Of a stretch of 64,000 nucleotides of DNA, positions 50,640-61,900 are shown in pieces. The stretch lies in the IMG/VR virus record IMGVR_UViG_3300042549_008472, positions 1 through 64,000 of that record; one strand, written 5' to 3'. The notes beneath the pieces were generated by a model that was not told the origin of the DNA, made no database searches, and saw nothing but the letters and a program-made list of their open reading frames with translations. The DNA comes from a virus. Numbering within the stretch: the first letter of the stretch is position 1; each line of letters opens with the position of its first letter. The translations under genes and the position numbers were made by a program.

Positions 50640-51404
50640 TTAATCTGTTATTTCTACTTGGTAAGCACACATTGCTTGGTAAACTTCATCTAAAATTAGG
50701 GATTTCCATTTATTAGCAATTTCTTTTATGTATATTTCTTTTGCTTCTTTGTACGCTTGAAACGCTTCTTCTATAGTTTTATACAATCCTAAATATTTCT
50801 GAATACCATTTCCTATTTTTAAATAAGCTTTATATTTATTACCTTCTTTTACTACTCCTATTGGACAACTACCCCTATTAATATTGTTTTTAATAAAAAG
50901 TGTATTGATTTCTTGTGGTACAAAGCAACAAGCTTCAGGTGAATAAACTTTGTTACCCTTGATTAAAATGTCCTTATCTAATTGCCAACCATCAATATAG
51001 TTATTTTCAAACCATTGTGCAAAGTTTTGAAAGTTGTGCCACTCTTCTACTACGCTACATCCCTTATAAGTGGGTTGTTTTTCTTGTGTTTTTTCACTAT
51101 AACATCTTAACAAAAGATTATACCATGTTCTATATTGCTTGTTAGTATTACCTTTATCTGAGGAAATATGGTCACCGTAACCAAAATATCCAACACCAAA
51201 AATTTCTTTATGGTAAGGGTTTTTAACACTCCCCCTTTTTAGATTAGATAGTCTAACTTTCATAATAAAACTATTCTCAAATTTTATATAAACATTATTT
51301 TTATCTACATACTCAACTATAGTTACTTTATAATCTTGCTTAGTTATAAAGACCATATTAGTGTAAAAATTACTATTTAATTCTTGTCTTTCTTTATTTG
51401 TCAT
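50640..51404 (-). CDS. HNH-type homing endonuclease (AP2-like C-terminus), paralogue of 39399..40337
   Basis: YRTWYNLLLRCY, EEWHNFQNFAQWF, LDKDIL, YSPEACCFVP. Confidence 0.85.
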   Translation of the reverse strand: MTNKERQELNSNFYTNMVFITKQDYKVTIVEYVDKNNVYIKFENSFIMKVRLSNLKRGSVKNPYHKEIFGVGYFGYGDHISSDKGNTNKQYRTWYNLLLRCYSEKTQEKQPTYKGCSVVEEWHNFQNFAQWFENNYIDGWQLDKDILIKGNKVYSPEACCFVPQEINTLFIKNNINRGSCPIGVVKEGNKYKAYLKIGNGIQKYLGLYKTIEEAFQAYKEAKEIYIKEIANKWKSLILDEVYQAMCAYQVEITD

Positions 51405-53281
51405 AATTTTTTCATTAATACTTTTTTACCTTCATAAGTTCCAAACTGAAATCCTTCTTTCTCTAATCTTTTATAAATATCTCTTCTTCTACTATCACTC
51501 CAACCTATCATCAAATATTCTTTAAAATTACTGGTGTTTACTCTATTTTTATAGTAAGTCGGAAAATCATACATCGCCTCTTTAATATAAAGTAAAGCAC
51601 GTAATCCGCCCAACGATTTATTCTGATATTTTAATATATTTATAACCTTTCGGTTTTGTTTGAAAGTCATATAATTTACCTTCTATAAGTCCATCAGCTC
51701 TAATCCAAAAAGCAATCACCATATTAAAAGCAAACTCTTTATGATAATAGGTATCTTTTTCTATAGAACTGTTTCTATAACCTAATTTTTTAAGTTGATT
51801 ATATATCTTTAATTTTGTACTATTACTTACTTCACTAACATCTATTGATGTTTCTCTTAAATCTATTTCTGTTATTTTCATTTTAATTTTTTTACGGGCA
51901 AATCTGCCAAAGACGATAAAGCACTAATAAACTCGAAATCTATGAATTCGGGGAAAGAGAAATAAGAATCAATCGCCAAAATCATTGCTTCATTGTCGAG
52001 AAGCCTTAATCGAATGTTATAGCCGTCTGATTCTATTTGAAATAATTGTGGATTAGATTTAACTAAAACAAGTTTTCCAAGTAGTGTTTGACTGTTGAAT
52101 CTTTCACTGAGAACTTTGTAATTTTCTGCGGAATAAATCATATTTTTATTTGATTAAGTTTTGGCAAAAACAAATGTTTACTGCCGAAGTTTAATTTATC
52201 TTGCCCCACCAAATCATGTAAGGGTCGTATTTACAATTTTCACTATTATACTCAACACCCTCAAATAAATATTTATATCCTTTTGGAAGTACTTCGGTTA
52301 TTAATCTAGCTTCTTTTTCATCCCAATCATCGGGTAAGACTAAACCACCTACCTCAAATCGTTTTGCAGGTTTGCACTTTTTATAGTTGTTCATTTGTTA
52401 GTGTTTTTAATTCCTCAATCAATTCTAAAACGCCTTCTTCTGACAACACTGTACCTTCGTCTCCCATGTGTGCGCTAAACGGAAATACTATAAGTTGTAA
52501 ACAGTTATCTTTATTATATTGAACTTCAAAATATCTCTTATCAAATTCAAATCCTGGACAATAATGTGAGGATTCTAAAATTTCCGCAAAAGAATAAAAA
52601 GCAGCAAAATTAATTTCATCACTCTCTTCTAATCTTTCTAACTCCAAACATAATAAATACATAGTCTTTGTAACTCCAACTACCTTACTTCTCATAATTT
52701 CTTAAATTTAATGTTCAAAAACCTATTCCACAAAACAGATGTATTAACTCTTTCAATTAGTGCATCTATTGTAATAATAATTGCACCTCCCCAATTGAGT
52801 ATAGGAATAAAAATAAAAACCCCATACTTAAACAAATCCCCAACAGTTTTTACGTCCTTATCTAAATAAATCGAGTATAAAAGCATAAGAATCAAAGGTA
52901 ATACATACCCTAATAATATAATTTCTATCATAATAATTCTACTTTTAATATTAACTCTAATTTTTTAATCTCACTCAAAGTCCAATCATGTTCACCTTTT
53001 AAATTCAGTTCAAAACCAACTGTTTCCTCTAACTCTTCTTTTTCTATTTTATTTTCGCGCAAAAAAGATAAAACAGCAAAAGAAATTTCAAAAGAACTAT
53101 CTAACCAATACTTATTAATTTTTCTCCAACCTATTCTACCAAGAAATCCTGCATCTCCTTGATAAGCAGTTCTAGTTAACCAGTCACCAACTGTTTCTCC
53201 TTTAATACGTTTAAAAAATGTACGTGGTTGACAGTCTAAATAGAAGTTGTGGAAGTTTAATCCACTCTGTAGTTCTAGCAT
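51401..53281 (-). CDS. Run of seven small hypothetical genes (51401-51670, 51618-51881, 51878-52141, 52191-52394, 52381-52695, 52692-52931, 52928-53281)
   Basis: Tightly packed, overlapping ORFs; 52692-52931 has two TM helices. Confidence 0.5.
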
Positions 53282-53454
53282 ATTTTAATTATTAAATTCG
53301 TTACTAAAAGGAACAAAAGTACCTGTTTTAAATCTGTCTAATTCTATATCCCAACAGTCATATAACCATCCTCCTGGAACTTTCATTATAAAGATACCAA
53401 ATTCAGTTTGCAATCCTTCATGTAGTCCTAAATTGTACAGTGATTTCATAATTT

Positions 53455-53643
53455 TTATTTTGTTTTATATATCCACAAAGTATCGACGGTCTTACCATCG
53501 GTTGTAAGTCTGTATTTGGGAATTATTTTATTTTTTGAACTTATTTCAGTTCCGCTAGGTAATAATGTCATACTAACTACCCCTATTACAATACCTCCAA
53601 AAATACAACCCCATAAAAAACCCCTTTCAAATTGATTTTCCAT
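53455..53643 (-). CDS. Small membrane protein
   Basis: N-terminal TM helix; VDTLWIY. Confidence 0.5.
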   Translation of the reverse strand: MENQFERGFLWGCIFGGIVIGVVSMTLLPSGTEISSKNKIIPKYRLTTDGKTVDTLWIYKTK

Positions 53644-53645
53644 AA

Positions 53646-53873
53646 TTATTTAATTGTATCCCCCGCTTTTAAATTCTTCACATCAAACTTTAAAACTCTT
53701 ATAATACGAACAGTGTCTGTATTTTTAATGTATATGTTCACAGAACTATTACTAGAAAAAGTCTGAGACCACCCTACATAAATAAAACCCTTATATTTTT
53801 GAATAGGTTCAACATTTGTTGTAGTGCAAGAAATCGCGCAAAAAGCTAAAAACAGTAAAATTAATTTTTTCAT
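53646..53873 (-). CDS. Lipoprotein
   Basis: MKKLILLFLAFCAISC lipobox. Confidence 0.55.
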   Translation of the reverse strand: MKKLILLFLAFCAISCTTTNVEPIQKYKGFIYVGWSQTFSSNSSVNIYIKNTDTVRIIRVLKFDVKNLKAGDTIK

Positions 53874-53892
53874 AATATTTATATTCATTCCA

Positions 53893-53923
53893 CAAAGATA
53901 AAGAATAGTTTTTAAATGACAAA
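53893..53923 (-). promoter_or_regulatory. Bacteroidetes promoter
   Basis: TTTG-N19-TATCTTTG on the minus strand. Confidence 0.65.
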
Positions 53924-53925
53924 AC

Positions 53926-53954
53926 AAAAAAGGAGAAACTTTTCAGCTCTCCTT
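53926..53954 (-). terminator. Intrinsic terminator after the ligase gene
   Basis: AAGGAGA/TCTCCTT stem plus T tract on the minus strand. Confidence 0.7.
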
Positions 53955-53962
53955 GATTTTAA

Positions 53963-55018
53963 TTATTTATCTAATCTAAATCCAACAAATACAGGAAACC
54001 TCATAACACCCTCTTCACTTACTCCAAAATATCTAACTTCGCAAGTTTTACCAATGTAATCAGCTTTGTTTTTTAATAAGTCTACTCTTTCTTCATGTGT
54101 CAATCTTGTACCTGCTTCATTTCTTTTACCTTTAAAATCAAAAACAGGTGTACCCCATTCAGGTCTTTGTATTCCTGGAACAACGTCTATGAGAGGAAGA
54201 GCCACATCGTCAAAGTCTTTTTTCTTTAATAAATTAGAACTTCTACCATTTAATTTATAACCTTCATTACCATGTCTTACAATAGAGCCCTCATAACCTT
54301 CTTGTACAAAATTAATGTGAATTCTCTCTAAATCTTCTCTGTTTACTTCAAAGGTTTCAACTGTTTTTAGTGGTAAATTTAGATTTAAACTTTTAATGTG
54401 GTTACTTCTATTTTTAAATTTTTCGGCGGAAACAAAATCATAAATATGATACCAAACATCAAAAGACTCTTCTCTCCACTTCTTAATAAGTCTCATATTT
54501 TCTTGAAAACTTTTACCATGGATATATAATTCTCCATCATAAACTCCATCAGGCAGTTCACTTAAAGCATCTACTATGTGAGGAAGAGTTGTAATAGTTT
54601 TACCGTCTCTTGAAAGCATTTCTACTTCTCCATTCTTAACAGTTGATAAACAACGCATGCCGTCCAACTTAGCTTGAATAAAAACATCTCCATCCCAATC
54701 TATTTTCTTCTTTTCCTTTTCAAAATCTTTAGCTAACATTGGAAATAACTTCTCTCCATTTAAAGCTTCTTCTTGTGTTGGGTAGTAATCTTCTTTAAGC
54801 TTTATAGCAATCATAGCTTCCGCCTCTACTAAGCACTGTTCATAGTCTGTAGTTTCATTTACTTTTCCAATATTTTTACCTTTACATTCCTTTGAATGAA
54901 TTATAGGACTATCTGTATCTAGTAATCCTGACTCTTGGAAAAGTGTGTTACCCTCAGTTCTAATAGTTAAAAATCTTAACTTTCCTTTTGAGTCTTTTTT
55001 GTAAATTGTTTGTGTCAT
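53963..55018 (-). CDS. lig: ATP-dependent DNA ligase
   Basis: QAKLDGMR, DGELY, EGYEGSIVR, LLKKKDF, RFPVF; start moved to ATG 55018. Confidence 0.92.
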   Translation of the reverse strand: MTQTIYKKDSKGKLRFLTIRTEGNTLFQESGLLDTDSPIIHSKECKGKNIGKVNETTDYEQCLVEAEAMIAIKLKEDYYPTQEEALNGEKLFPMLAKDFEKEKKKIDWDGDVFIQAKLDGMRCLSTVKNGEVEMLSRDGKTITTLPHIVDALSELPDGVYDGELYIHGKSFQENMRLIKKWREESFDVWYHIYDFVSAEKFKNRSNHIKSLNLNLPLKTVETFEVNREDLERIHINFVQEGYEGSIVRHGNEGYKLNGRSSNLLKKKDFDDVALPLIDVVPGIQRPEWGTPVFDFKGKRNEAGTRLTHEERVDLLKNKADYIGKTCEVRYFGVSEEGVMRFPVFVGFRLDK

Positions 55019-55035
55019 AATTGTGTTATTTTTGA

Positions 55036-55066
55036 CAAAGATATGATTAATTTTTATGTTGTGCAA
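55036..55066 (-). promoter_or_regulatory. Bacteroidetes promoter
   Basis: TTG-N20-TATCTTTG. Confidence 0.65.
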
Positions 55067-55152
55067 TTAAATTTCGCGGAAAAAGGATAAAAAACAGACA
55101 TTTTATAGTAAAAATATCAGTTCAAACCTGACTAGAGTGATATGAATGGTAA

Positions 55153-55764
55153 TTATACCGAATCCCATCCAACTCCATAACATATTTTATCAAAACCAGC
55201 TCTGCCAACTTTATCGGAGAATAATTTATATAGATTATCATTATTTTTACCTTTTTTATAATTAGCTCGTATATATCTTACATCTTCATTGGTAAGGTTG
55301 GTGTTGGAATGTTGTTCTCCTTTTACTTTTTTAACGTTATCAAAACAGCCATTTATGTAAGCATGTAATCCATTTTCAGACTTAGTGCACCATTCTATAT
55401 TAGAAATTCTGTTATCCCATTTCTTAAGGTTTAGATGATTTACAATTGGTAGGTTTTCAGGATTATTCACAAAGTGCTCAGCTACAACTCTATGCCCTAA
55501 AAAATTAAATCTTACACTATCTACATACAATATTAATTGCACATAACCATTTGAATAATAGTTGTTTTTTAAAATCTTACTTTTGGTGAATTGCTTTATA
55601 CCATTACTTCTAGTTAATAATCTATCTTTATTTCTAAATCTACCTAAACTACTCACTTCATAATAATCTTCAAAACCTTTAATAGGTAGCCAAATTTCAC
55701 TTTCTAATTCTTCTTTAGTAAACTCAATTACCATTTTTCTTAACTCTTGCGTTGTTTGTTTCAT
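55153..55764 (-). CDS. NUMOD4-HNH homing endonuclease
   Basis: EIWLPIKGFEDYYEVSSLGR; HRVVAEHF...VNH...DNRISNIEWCTKSEN; start moved to ATG 55764. Confidence 0.88.
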   Translation of the reverse strand: MKQTTQELRKMVIEFTKEELESEIWLPIKGFEDYYEVSSLGRFRNKDRLLTRSNGIKQFTKSKILKNNYYSNGYVQLILYVDSVRFNFLGHRVVAEHFVNNPENLPIVNHLNLKKWDNRISNIEWCTKSENGLHAYINGCFDNVKKVKGEQHSNTNLTNEDVRYIRANYKKGKNNDNLYKLFSDKVGRAGFDKICYGVGWDSV

Positions 55765-55784
55765 ACTTAATTTAAAATAAAAAT

Positions 55785-55874
55785 CCCGCAAACAAAAACT
55801 AGGTAGGATAGTCTTCGTAAGCGGGGGTAATAAAAATTCTTTAAAGGTAATTAAGCATCCTACCGAGTAATTAC
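55785..55874 (-). ncRNA. Candidate kissing-loop RNA leader, copy 2
   Basis: Hairpin GTAATTA/TAATTAC with GGTAGGA in the loop; second long hairpin with 7-nt loop TCCTACC. Confidence 0.7.
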
Positions 55875-55880
55875 TGAGTG

Positions 55881-55912
55881 TAAATATACACCTTTAACTC
55901 TACACTTCCAAA
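55881..55912 (-). promoter_or_regulatory. Bacteroidetes-type promoter (variant -7 element)
   Basis: TTTG-N20-TATATTTA. Confidence 0.55.
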
Positions 55913-55934
55913 TGAGTGTTAAAATTTTAACTTT

Positions 55935-57521
55935 TTAGTAGAAAGTGGTGTATTTACCTTGGGTAATATGAATGTGTTGAGCTTTTCCATTAGGGTATAT
56001 AACCACGTTAGAGGCATTCCAGCTTGACATTCCAAGATTATACCCCATCCTAAGTTTAGTAAGAGTTCCAACACATAAATGCCCATCCGTTTTTGAACTA
56101 GTATGTGAATGTGCAGTGACCGTTCTAACATTTAGGTTTTTATATTGTGTAATGCTGCCTCTCGACCCAGATGCCCCACGATTCCCATGGATGGACAATT
56201 CAAAACCTAAAACATTGTAAGACTCATCTGCTCCAAGACACTTGATATGGTTGAACTCAGATTCTAATATATAAGCTATAATACCTTTAGGAGCTAAACC
56301 TTTTGCTGTAATGTTTGCATATTCAAGATATAGTTTTCTATTCCCTTCTTTTCTCCAATCACCGCTTTGTAACCATCTGTCAATGAAGTCGTTATGATTT
56401 GCAGACGGAATAATGTAGTTGTATTTAGGCTTAACTTTAAACCACTCTCTTATGTAGTTAATTTCTTTTTCTAAAGAGTGAGAACCGTCTTCTTCTCTCT
56501 TCAATAACTGAAATGGATTGGACTTCTCGTGATGACTGATGCTCGACATATCCGCGATGTCATGGAGTATTACGTGTTTAGGTTTAAATTTATCTAACAT
56601 ACCAAAAGTAACTTCTACATTTTCTATATCCTCTGCTGTTAAATGTAAATCACCTAAAACGGCAACCTCAATTTTATCATTATTATGAATCACACCATCA
56701 GTAAGACGATTATTCAAGTCATAGAAATTTCCGTTTTTCTCGGCAACAATTTGACGTATGTGAAAAATATCACCATCTAACTCTACTACAACACACCCTA
56801 TGACATGATTAAATTCACTAGATTTTCCAATTTTTGTATCCGTATAGTTTTCAACTGTACATGCTCCTGTGGTTAGTAGAACTTTACTTGGATACCCGTC
56901 CAATACTGGTAAAAATCTCATGTGGGAGCGAGGATGCCCAACAATACACGATTCTAGACCCGTCAAACCATTTAATGAGGTAAGGGGAAGTACTGATGTC
57001 GGTTGAATTTTTACGTCGCTTAAAACAACTAAATGCTTGTGTAAATTATGTCTGTTAGCATCAAGATAAGGTAAAATAGATTTATCCCAAGTATTTACAT
57101 TTTTTTCAGCCTTTTCTAATGCTTTACTAGATGCAAGAGAATTTGGATTTTTATAACGTCCAGCAATTATTAATATTTGTGCATCAATTTCTTCAGCATA
57201 GGCTTCCATATTTTTTAGAAAGCCCTTATGGACTTGTGTGTCTGACTGTGCCCAACTTATCAAAAATCTCTTCTTAGAATTATCATGCTGTTTTTTCTGA
57301 GCTTCCTTAAAGTCATCCGTGTCTTCAATTGTGACTACATTGTTAGTAACTCCTAATCTTTGCATAGCTTTTCTCATTCCTCTGCCATAAGTGTCATCAT
57401 CAAATGTAAGTCCAAAATGTTCACACATCTTTCTTGCCGCAGGTGTTACACTACTTCCTTGGTCTACAAGATTTTTTACAAAGGTTATATACTCTTCTGG
57501 ATACTTTGTCTTTTTACTCAT
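55935..57521 (-). CDS. T5 A1-like metallophosphoesterase nuclease
   Basis: KRFLISWAQ, TTGACTVENY, GDLH, HD, NH, HG.RG.SGSRG, HSH, MGYNLGMSSW match the phage T5 A1 family as recalled. Confidence 0.8.
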   Translation of the reverse strand: MSKKTKYPEEYITFVKNLVDQGSSVTPAARKMCEHFGLTFDDDTYGRGMRKAMQRLGVTNNVVTIEDTDDFKEAQKKQHDNSKKRFLISWAQSDTQVHKGFLKNMEAYAEEIDAQILIIAGRYKNPNSLASSKALEKAEKNVNTWDKSILPYLDANRHNLHKHLVVLSDVKIQPTSVLPLTSLNGLTGLESCIVGHPRSHMRFLPVLDGYPSKVLLTTGACTVENYTDTKIGKSSEFNHVIGCVVVELDGDIFHIRQIVAEKNGNFYDLNNRLTDGVIHNNDKIEVAVLGDLHLTAEDIENVEVTFGMLDKFKPKHVILHDIADMSSISHHEKSNPFQLLKREEDGSHSLEKEINYIREWFKVKPKYNYIIPSANHNDFIDRWLQSGDWRKEGNRKLYLEYANITAKGLAPKGIIAYILESEFNHIKCLGADESYNVLGFELSIHGNRGASGSRGSITQYKNLNVRTVTAHSHTSSKTDGHLCVGTLTKLRMGYNLGMSSWNASNVVIYPNGKAQHIHITQGKYTTFY

Positions 57522-57619
57522 CTACTTTATTTTTAATTTCACGTTGTTTTAATAGTTCTTTTAAGTCGTCTAATTTTTCTATTTCTATGTTCCAAGCTTT
57601 TGCTAGTTGTTCTATGTAT

Positions 57620-59261
57620 TTATCCATTTTCTAGCTGTTTTTGTAGACGGTTTATCTGTTCTCTAATTCTATCTTTTTCCGCCGATTTATCTTCTTCTTG
57701 CTTTTTTAATTGTATCTCTATTTCACCGTCAAACCACTTTTTAAAGCCTTTTTCACTAAGCTTAAGTAAAAAGGAAGGGATAGTAGAAAAATCATTGTTA
57801 GTGTATGATTCGTAGGGAATTCCATCATTATTAAATACAACAATTTTATCTCCGTCTATACTAAATGAATAATAGTTTAAAAAACTTTCAAAACTCCTCT
57901 CTACATATTTAGACCTATGACCTAATAAATACACATAAATATCTTGCTCCCACAACTCTGATTGTTTGTTTGAAAGTTTATCACAGATTCCCCACAAACG
58001 GTGTAAGTTTAATGTTTTCATATCTCCTTTATTTCATATTCCGAATTTTTAGTTTTAAAATGCCTGTCGTTAATTATTTCAATAATCTCTGTTGTCATCC
58101 ACCGAAACATGCTGTTATATGGAGGCAAAATTAAAGCTGTTTCTATTTCAGGATTATCTATTAGTTCTTTTCCTCTACCATTCTCAAAAACTACAAATTT
58201 ATAGTGTTCTGTTTCAAATGTTTTTCCGTCGTTTATGCGAGTGATTTTATACATCTTTATACTTTCTTAATAGTTCAAATATTTTAGTAAGGTCTTCAAA
58301 TGTAAATCCTTTATTTCTATAACCTACTACAAATCCATAGTCACTTTGAAACTTTTCTGTTACTCTTTTACCATTAATTGAATTAAAGTAAATCCAGGGG
58401 TAGTTTGCAAAATAGTCTGTTTCTATTCCTATCTTTTTTAATCGGCGAACAAAAATGTCTAATTTATCTTCCACTATTTTGAATGTTTTAAAATTTCTTC
58501 TCTTTTATTAAAATCTGCGGATAAAAAATTAGAAAAAAGTTCTTGAATTTGCATATCAAAAACAACATTATTTTCCATAGAAAACCTTCTAAAACACTTA
58601 TCTTCAATTTCATCATCACTTAATTCATTTTCATCACACTCTTCTACTAAGTCTAAATATTCTGTGGCGTAATCTCTAATCTTGTAATTAGGAACTTCAT
58701 TTAAAACGTCATCCCAATTTTCATAGAAAATGTATTTAGAAATATCTCTATTCCTAATCATTTCTAAAGCTTCCTCTAAAAACTCTTGCTCTTTTATTGT
58801 TGTTTTCCAAGCACCTTCAATAACTTTTAAAAGGTCTTTCTGTTGTTTTTCTGTTCTGTTTGTCATAATGTTTTTTCTAAATGTTCAATACACCTCTTAA
58901 CGCCAATTTCTAGAGCTTTTGTTCTTCCGATTATTCCCGAATTATTGTAGAACGGTCTTTTTACGTGAGGGAATTTACTCCCGTCTTCTTCCTTAAAATA
59001 ACAACAAGTTACATATTTATATTCGCCCCTCAAAGGAAGTCCAATATAATAACCTTTGGTCTCTAAAAAATCCAAAATATTTCCCGTATGAAAATGAAAA
59101 AACATCTCTAAATTATTAATTGAACCTAAAGCCAAAGCTATTTTTATATGTTCTACATCATATTCACAAAGTTCCCCATTGTTTTCACAGTAGTCTATAA
59201 AAACTTTAATTGCTTTTGTATTCTCACCAAACAAGGCTCTAAGTCCTACATTATTTCTCAT
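57620..59261 (-). CDS. Run of five small hypothetical genes (57620-58021, 58018-58254, 58247-58474, 58474-58866, 58863-59261)
   Basis: Tightly coupled ORFs. Confidence 0.5.
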
Positions 59262-59389
59262 ATTCTGTTATTATTATTCTCTGTTTTACTTTTTCTTTCG
59301 CCGAAAACTTTTGAGGGAAATTGGCTGTACATAAATTACAAAGTAATCTGTATTTGATTTTATTTTCTGCCTTTAAAAACTTTTTATAA

Positions 59390-60307
59390 TCAATCATTTT
59401 CTTCAAGTGTTATCGGTGCTAGAGTACCCTTCTGAACCATATATCTAATAGTATCACAGTATCCTTTTCTATTTTTGGAACAATACCCAGATTCTAAAAC
59501 TTTATCACACATATAATCACAAGCTTCATCATAACTTAGATATCCTGCGCCTACGTAGCCACCAATTAATAAGGCGCAATTTCGTAGACTATAGTGTGCT
59601 GTTTGTTCACGGTCTATTTTTTCAAATGTTCTGTCAATTATCCTATAAATTCTATCTAAGTCAATTTCGCTTACATTCTCAACTTCTTGAAAAATCCCAT
59701 CATAAATTTTAAACTCGTCAATTTTTTCACCCCTCTGAGTCCAAATTTCAGCATCATCTCTCCACTTTAGATTTTCGTCCCAAGAAAGGTATAAAGGTAA
59801 AATAGGTGACTGTGAAGTACCATCGAAGCCTGTAAATTTAGAGAACCAATACCCCAAACCATAGAAATAAGCCTTAAATTCGTCAACCGTTCTTATTCCA
59901 TCAGGTAGTCTTATAATTGTCTTAACCCCTTTTCCAGAAGGACTGATATAAGCACATATACAAGATTTTAAGTTTTCAAAAATAAAGTCTCTAAGTTCCG
60001 AAGCAAATTCTACTTTGTCAAATTCCATCACGGCAACGCCAAGAAATGATTCGATGTCACTATAACTTCTTCCAAGACCATTTGTTCTTACACAAGGAGT
60101 GAAATAAAATAAGTTTTCTTTTAATTTTCTTTTTAATTCTTCATCCCCATTTTTAGAAGCTTCGTGAATTTTAATAAAAGTTTGCCTCATATCATCGGAA
60201 GGAGAAGTGTTTGCTCGAATAAATTCTTTCAGTGTTATCTTTCCCAAAGGTTTAGTTATCTTCACATTGGCTGGATAATAATAAAATTCTTTTTCTAAAT
60301 AACTCAT
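59390..60307 (-). CDS. BT4734/VirE-N-like primase-related protein
   Basis: KLKENLFYFTP, MEFDK, YISPSGKGVKTII, LYLSWD. Confidence 0.7.
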   Translation of the reverse strand: MSYLEKEFYYYPANVKITKPLGKITLKEFIRANTSPSDDMRQTFIKIHEASKNGDEELKRKLKENLFYFTPCVRTNGLGRSYSDIESFLGVAVMEFDKVEFASELRDFIFENLKSCICAYISPSGKGVKTIIRLPDGIRTVDEFKAYFYGLGYWFSKFTGFDGTSQSPILPLYLSWDENLKWRDDAEIWTQRGEKIDEFKIYDGIFQEVENVSEIDLDRIYRIIDRTFEKIDREQTAHYSLRNCALLIGGYVGAGYLSYDEACDYMCDKVLESGYCSKNRKGYCDTIRYMVQKGTLAPITLEEND

Positions 60308-61900
60308 ATCCCCTTTGGTGCGTAATTATGAACATTAAATCTAATACTAGCTTTTGACAGATTAGTTAATCTTTTACCTTTTAAAGCTTCTTCTAAAATA
60401 GTGTCTTGACGCTCTTGTAGTAGAATATGGTTATGAAACCAAAACTCTTGTTTAGTTTTTTCTTCCGCCATAGCTTTCTCTAAGTCTAGTGGAGGAGTTG
60501 CCTCTGCATACATTTGTGTTAGTATTTCTAGGATTAGTTTGTCTAGTTTTTTCATGTTGTAATAATTCTTTTAAGGATGTTAATTGCAAATTCAGCTCTT
60601 TCATAATCGTCTGATGAGTTTGCATAATCTTTAAGTTTGTCAATTTCGGCGCGAATAAAATTAGAAGAGATATATTCTAAATCATCACTGTAAATTTTAT
60701 TAGCGCACCAAGAAACCATATACAGTTCATCAAAGTCACTACAGGTTTCTCCACAGTCTTCTAATCCTGTCTGCAAAAATATTTTATTTGGTTGGTTTTT
60801 CATTTTATAATGATATTAAATATTTTTCACTTGTGCAAGAAAAGAAACAAAAAACAGCCTTTAAAAACTAAAAAAGTGCATTCTCTTTTTGATAACCATC
60901 CAGCTTCATAAGGTTCTGTAGTTTTTAAAGTTATGTGAGCAATTGATTCAACCCAAATATCGCCTTCAAAATCTTCTCTGTTATTATAAAATTCAATAGT
61001 GGCTGATTGATGTCTCGCCCTAAAATAAAAGAAATAACCAAGAAAATAACCTTCGGCTTGTACAGGACAATTTCCACCAGGTTTATTAATCCACTTAAAT
61101 AATTTTTTCATAACTTACTTTTACATTAGGACAAGCTCTACTATCTACACTACTATCAACTGTTATGTCACTTCTTTGAGGGTCAGCTAACCAAAATTGA
61201 TGTCTTATGTGTTGTACAAGTGAGTAAGCTTCTCTACAAGACTCATCCACTTTAGAATTATATATCCCCCAAGAGCCATTCACTCCCATATCTTCTCCAT
61301 ATAATAAATTACGAGCCACATTAAGCTGTCTATCTACTTCTTCTCTTATTCCGTGGTATTGTTCCCAATCAGGAGAATGATGAATATTTTCTAAGTCAGT
61401 CCATTTTTTAATTTCCTCTCCATTACCCCATGTACCTTTAGTCCAAATAGCTGTCTTAGTTATTTTAGTTATTTCTCCTCTCATTGTTCTATCGCCAACT
61501 TTTAAAGGAGTTTTTGGAGAAGTGAGTCTCAATACAGAATTTTCAAATGTTGGATGATTTTTAATTTCGGTGAACTGTCCCATACCACAGCGACTATAGA
61601 AATCTAAAGCTCTTTGAATTAACCTCAGTTGCTGTTCGTTACACTCTATTTTACAATTGTTTTCCATTACTCCTCAATCTTTTCTAAACACATTATTTCT
61701 AAAACTTCTAGGTGGTCTTCAAGTAAGTCAAATAAATCAACATCTGAGTCTCTTACTGTAATACTTTGGATTTCAAAACTCGACGGAGTTGAAGGCGTTC
61801 CGCTCATGTCACTATAATATCTAACCTCTTCTTCTCCTGGGTCATAGTTACCTTCAATTGTAAGTTCTACTCCTCTAAATTCTAAAATTATTTTGTCCAT
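60304..61900 (-). CDS. Run of five small hypothetical genes (60304-60555, 60552-60803, 60827-61111, 61095-61667, 61667-61900)
   Basis: Coupled ORFs; 60827-61111 carries a CPVQAEG...FYFRARH phage motif. Confidence 0.5.

Noticed and set aside
40391-55066. N-terminal extensions of track ORFs at 40391, 42017, 45566, 48404, 53927 and 55066 (also 55791)
   Set aside because: These starts lie in or upstream of promoter elements or the RNA leader; downstream ATGs with A-rich leaders are more plausible
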